From Lingula anatina (Eukaryota > Animalia > Brachiopoda), in assembly GCA_051362555.1 (NCBI GenBank), contig CM120642.1:29202001-29266000 (forward strand): 64,000 nt of DNA, given 5' to 3'. Position numbers and translations under genes: made by a program. The notes under the pieces were generated by a model. That model searched no databases. It saw only the letters and a list, made by a program, of their open reading frames with translations, and was not told the DNA's origin. Position 1 is the first letter of the stretch, and every line of letters starts with the position of its first letter. Positions 58,988 to 64,000 of the stretch are shown here, piece after piece.

Positions 58988-61900
58988 CGAGAACTGGCAA
59001 AGGAATCGAGCCATTTTGAAGTGCTTCCATGTCAATGGGGCTTTGAAAATGTGGACATCATCATCTCTACACTGCAATATCTTAATTGCAATAACTTGAT
59101 GGAGAGTGATCCCCATCTAGACAGATCTATTTCCTATACAAATTGAATAGCTTCCTATCCTATTGCGAATATTATGTATACTACAGATTACATAAACATT
59201 TCGGAGTACTTCCAAATCCACAGGTGACTGTGACAGGTGTGATATCAGTACCTTGTATATTGATGACTTCAGGTGTGAAATGGATACATGTTATTGCTTA
59301 TAAAATTGATTGCCATGGAGTGTAGATAATCCTGAAAGCTAGTAGAGCACATGCATGCTGTTTCATCTAATTTTTGATCAGCATATTTTTCTGTTGTGGA
59401 TCAACTCTAATTTTTCCTTATAATTAAGGTTGAAAATTTCCTCAAATAGATGAATTGCCAATTATTTCCTCAGTCAATGGTAATTTTTCATAATTATGTA
59501 ACCTTACTGCTTGCTAATGTTTCATTAATTTTTTTCTTCTGTAATAATGATAATAATTATTATTATAATTATCATATATCATAACAAAATCAGATTGTTG
59601 GTTTTCCCAAATAGTCTTTTTTTAACAATGCCTCAAAATAAATTAGTTGATAGAAAGATAAATAAAGAAAAATTAAGTTGGAAAAAAAATAAGTTGGCTT
59701 TGTGTCATAAAAAATCATGCATATGAAAAATAGATAATGTTGGAAGAAGTGATACGTTAGAAATTTTTGAGCTATCACAATTCATCATACGTATCAGTGT
59801 TTCAGTGTCACTTGCTTGGAAAAAGAGTAAATTTTCAACATTAAGGGCCTGGTGAAAAAAGTCCAGAGTGCAAGGTTAACATGAAGTAGCAGGCAAATCA
59901 CATGAAGTGCCCTGGAGAATTGTATAGATTTCCAAGAACCAAAACCATTAATGATACCTAGTTCATGTCATGTGTTTTTTTCTTTGAAATTTAATGACAA
60001 ATCTGCTCAGGCAGGCACGTGAAGTGTTTGCCAATTTCTCAAGTAAAAAAAGGGGAAAAATTGGAAAGCTTATTTCATGGAAAAACTTGAGAAAAGCATG
60101 CAACTTGTAGCTGCATGGTCATGTTGAAAAATATCATGCAGCTACAAGTTTTCAGCAGAAAGGGAAAAAATTAATGTCTGGGCAATAACCGATTGACCTC
60201 TGTACTTTTGGATTAGATAAGAAGTTGTGAGGTGTATGTGAGAGATTTTTGTGAGACTCCCAATTTCAGCCTTGTCATTTTAGTCTTTTAAAGCCATTTG
60301 AGAAAAATGTTATGTCTTATTTATTCATACCAGTTAAGACCGGCTTCAGAATTGGCTCATTTTATGATGCTCATACCAAGTCTATTGCACATCCATTACA
60401 CTCAATTTTTATCATTCCGAAAAAAAAAACAAAAACAAAAAAAACTGGCTATTACTAACAAATCATGAAGTGGCATATTACAAGTAGTTTGGTATATGTT
60501 TCAAGGTCATTACTCCCTTGGGCAGCATGGAATTCCCACTCTGAGTTGATCTGAATGTATTACATTTCTTTCCTATTTAATGCTGATGCAACTTGAAGTG
60601 TCATACTAGTATTAGAAACCAGAAGTTAATATACGAAATATAGATGAAAACTAAGAGTTTGATGGATCCGAGTATGATTGAATTGCCCTGTAAGAGCTCG
60701 AGGCATGAGATAAACCCAATGGTTAATTGAAATGTACCACCAGTATCCATTAACTTGGGTTAGATGATCACACTGGAGGTGTTATAATTGTTCTGATGTG
60801 TCAATTTACTATTATGCTAAATATAGCTAAAATTTTTAATAGCCAAATACTTTTAGCGATATGAGTGTTACTAAATAATGAAAGAACAATGAAATATTTT
60901 TGTTTCTTCAGCTAATCAAAAGTATACTAATAGTATGTAGGATTTTATCCCAAAAACATTTATTTTTCAATTGTTTGACATATTTCTGCATCCTTGGATT
61001 TGATGTTTTGTTCGATTTCTAATTTAATTTACTTCTAAGTGACTGGCCAGATATTTAGATAGCCATGTCTTCCTATCGTTTTATGTTAGTTTGTTCTCAT
61101 ATTTTAGGGTGAGATATTGATACATTAAAATATGAGTATGAATTCTGGACACTTTCAAAAAACATATAGTACATATTATTAACCTTTAATTGTTATTCTC
61201 CATTTGCAAAAAGTTCTTTGCTAGTGAGAGTCAGCAAGATAACAATTAATATTGTCTGCATTTGTGACATGTATTTCACCAACACTGCAAAGCCTTGAAA
61301 ACATCACAAAGGTTGTCTGATTTATGATAAATAGTTAAACATTGATTAATAATACGCTGAAAATCAAGTTGTAGCTTACATTAACGATATTGTGAATTCA
61401 ATGTGATAACACAATGATGATTTGCCTTATCTCTTTTCTGCCTTGGCTATGGGTCTGCAATGCACTGTGATACAAATTCATTTGAATTTTTTTTTCTTCA
61501 CATCACATTTCAGTGTATTCACTTGCTTTAAAAAAAGTAGAGAAAAATGAAGGCAAGGTAATTGTCCTATTGGGAATATCACAGTTTAGTTACTGCTCAA
61601 TTTTATGTCTTATGCTGAGCTAATGGGCTGTCTCTGCTATCCCAAATACATTTCATGATCATCAAAACATCTTTTAAGGTTAGGTTTTTCTGTATAGCCC
61701 CTGATTTATCTTTTTTCTTGCCATTTATCAGAGTAAATGAAGTCTGTTTGTCACGTGCACTGTTTTAATACCCGATATTGTGGTTTTGGTAGTTGCTGAT
61801 AGTGTTATTTTACCATTTCACAGACATTGGATGCTTGTTAAGGTGGATTTATGCATCCCTTGGGTCCCCTTTAAACCCTTTAAATCAAGATAAATGGTTG

Positions 61901-63750
61901 TTGTCGCCTCACAGACGTGTTTAAACTGAATTTGTTACCCTTTTCAAATTGAGTATCAATTGACTCTTGATCTTGTCAGAATCTCTGTTTATGACTTTGA
62001 TTGGAGATATATGGTTACTTTCAGGGGTGCATCAGTGAAACAAGATAAATATATTCACAGGCACCTCACTTGCACTTGTTAAATTTATTTCTCCCTTTAG
62101 CTGCATGTGAATAGGCAATAACTTTGTTAATTCAGTCAATTGTCCAGAGAACATGAGCTCACAGCACATAATATATAAAATGACTTTTAGAAATGCACAT
62201 TTTATTGTTTGATCACTTTTTGATTTTTCACATTTTTATTTTTTTAATTTCAGTTTGTAGCACATTCAAATTGCCAGCAACTCTTAGCGTCGCTGTGGTA
62301 TGAAGGTTTACCTGGTTTCCGCAGGCGCCATATTGCCTTCAAGGTTATCATGACCTCGGTCATCGGCATGCTGTTTCCATTGTGGTCATTAATCTACATC
62401 ATGGTGCCGAAAAGTTCTTTGGGAAAACTTCTTCGGAAGCCATTTGTCAAGTTTATATGTCATAGCTCCTCCTATTTCACATTTTTGTGTAAGTATTCAG
62501 CAGAAAAGCCGTTTCATCATGATTAATTTGGTGTGACTGTTGATTGATGAGTTTGTCCATAATAAAGGAAATAGATATTGAATGTTTTTGTAATTACATA
62601 ATATGCAAGGTTATTGCCGTCATCAGTTGGAAATAAAGACGTGTATTGTATTGATCTTGGTTCTCATTTCTTGATAAACCTGTATTAGGTTTTTAAGGGA
62701 AAGATTTATGTAGCTGGCATTTGGCAAATTGGGAAAAATGGTATCATTATTGTTAATATAAATATTTGGTGTTTAATTATCAAATGCCATCTTGAATGGC
62801 ATGATTATGCTTGTCAAAGGCGCATTCAGATCAAATCAAATACAGCTAACTTACTTGAAAGCATGCTGTGAAAACCCTATAATAGACACTGAATCAATTC
62901 CCCTGCAGGGATTACCCAGTAAGCTTTAAGGTGGTTCAGCCATATTGATCTGCAGATCTATTAGTCCATGGATCAACTTTGGTTGTGAATGTGGCCAAAG
63001 ATTCTAAGTTATCTACTAGAAGACCCCATTTATCTTCCTCAAAACAGGAATTTAATTGTAGCAGTTTGTGGTTATGAGCCAATGGTCTCGAAATTTATAT
63101 TCTGTTTCATAAACGTGAAATATTAACATTTATCATTCTGATCTAGTGTGTAGCATGAAAATGTTTGATGTATTTACCCTTGTTTGTGTATATCTCTCCA
63201 AAAGGTTTTTAATGAGAAGATATTGCAAAGTATCTTGACATTGAAAAGGTTTAGTATCTGCTTAAAAATAATGCTTTTCATCCTACAACTTGTGAAAAGA
63301 TGTAACAGGTTTTTCAAAAATCCTCAATTGGATTCTGTATAAAATGTAAGTTAAAGTGAATCAAGAAGGTTCTCTTTGCTTCAGAGCAGTGTTTTCCTTC
63401 TTGAAAAGAACTAATTATAAAGCTATTTTGCTTGCCTTGTGGCTGTTAAAAACAAGGGAGTAAGCATGTTAATATTTTGGATGTCTCTTACAGGTTTTCA
63501 TGATAACTTTATAGAGTTTTCTTTTTCAGTTTTGTTAATCCTCGCCTCCCAACACATAGAATCCATTGACAGCATTACATTATGGGGGGAAAGCAAGGCA
63601 AGCAGTAGCCTACAGCTGGGGGAGATCCGTGGTGCTCCCCCTACCATTATAGAATGGATGATCCTTCTGTGGGTGATAGGTAGGGTCTTTAATATGAGGC
63701 ATTGGTACAGAACAATTTGGGTAGAAAATTACTGGAGTTAATTTTGCCGG

Positions 63751-63783
<33 letters not shown>

Positions 63784-64000
63784 CTGTTACAGGGGGGTCT
63801 TGCCCCACCTTCCTTCTGGGCTTTTTTTTTTAAATGTGAATTTAAGTGACAAAAAATTTCTACTTATTTATAAAATCTTATGTTGCATGATTTAGATAAA
63901 TTTTAGACAATCAAATTGTATATTTGGTTTTTTGCATACTAATTTTTTATTCATTTTAAATCCGTCTCTCAGGTCTAATATGGGCAGAGATAAAGCAGCT
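52806..64000 (+). CDS. TRPC: Short transient receptor potential (TRPC family, TRP-gamma/TRPC4-5-like) cation channel, 3'-partial; join(52806..53225,56846..57364,62254..62488,63530..63679,63973..>64000)
   Basis: Ankyrin repeats ([36 protein letters not shown]; [24 protein letters not shown]), Zn-binding [75 protein letters not shown] and [10 protein letters not shown]; GT-AG introns in phase. Confidence 0.96.
55132..55246. mobile_element. Small inverted-repeat element (CACCCTGAG...CTCAGGGTG)
   Basis: ~24-bp imperfect terminal inverted arms. Confidence 0.45.
55252..55503. mobile_element. Fold-back MITE, Harbinger-like
   Basis: GGGACCGTTCCCATTGAATTTTGT..CTAGCT versus AGCTAG..ACAAAATTCACTGTGAACGGTCAC, plus inner CTCTTGCTGAATGC/GCATTCAGCAAGAG arms; flanks TAA/TGA. 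Confidence 0.75.
56846..57364 (+). CDS. TRPC: TRPC exon (ankyrin 4, TRP_2 domain, helical linker)
   Basis: Acceptor ttttag, donor AAG|gtaggt; 173 open codons. Confidence 0.95.
58441..58490 (+). promoter_or_regulatory. Candidate intronic promoter: reverse CCAAT box, tandem CACGCGTG palindromes, AAGATGG start context
   Basis: ATTGG 58442-58446; CACGCGTG at 58456-58463 and 58465-58472; CpG cluster in a CpG-poor intron. Confidence 0.4.
60102..60150. repeat. Perfect 16-bp inverted repeat with 17-nt loop
   Basis: AACTTGTAGCTGCATG / CATGCAGCTACAAGTT. Confidence 0.85.
62254..62488 (+). CDS. TRPC: TRPC exon (pre-S1 to S1)
   Basis: Acceptor tttcag, donor T|gtaagt; [11 protein letters not shown] motif. 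Confidence 0.95.
62819..62996. mobile_element. Degenerate MITE related to family A
   Basis: GGCGCATTCA...TGAATGTGGCC ends; CATATTGATCTGCAGA..TTAGTCCATGGATCAA resembles the 27407-27450 arm. Confidence 0.55.
63530..63679 (+). CDS. TRPC: TRPC exon (S1-S2)
   Basis: Acceptor ttttcag, donor G|gtaggg; [18 protein letters not shown]. Confidence 0.93.
63753..63783. repeat. Poly-G tract (31 nt)
   Basis: Direct reading. Confidence 0.9.
63973..64000 (+). CDS. TRPC: TRPC exon start ([10 protein letters not shown]), runs off window
   Basis: Acceptor ctctcag, phase 1. Confidence 0.9.

Noticed and set aside
63753-63783. Functional G-quadruplex (also 11600-11621)
   Set aside because: Homopolymer tracts of uncertain assembled length; no evidence of function

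Overview
AT-rich, intron-containing eukaryotic (animal, probably invertebrate/lophotrochozoan) genomic DNA; most short ORFs in the track are intronic noise. Three spliced genes can be assembled with GT-AG introns and consistent phases. (1) A LONRF-family RING-TPR-RING-LON(N) E3 ligase on + (<1..5854, 12 coding exons, 5'-truncated). (2) Mitochondrial ribosomal protein uL30m/MRPL30 on - (14308..7835, 4 exons, ~258 aa, long C-terminal extension), tail-to-tail with gene 1. (3) A TRPC-family (TRP-gamma/TRPC4-5-like) channel on + (52795..>64000), preceded by ~38 kb with no other recognisable gene. That region holds several short ATG-initiated, donor-terminated segments in the phase needed to splice onto the first common TRPC exon. 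A promoter-like element plus in-phase exon inside a TRPC intron could yield an ankyrin-less isoform. Mobile DNA: a ~2 kb Helentron/HINE-like element with a 161-bp satellite array, a ~2.3 kb long-TIR DNA transposon, a fold-back Harbinger-like MITE between the convergent poly(A) signals, two dispersed MITE families, RTE LINE remnants and microsatellites. No prokaryotic-type system, CRISPR array, rRNA or tRNA is supported.
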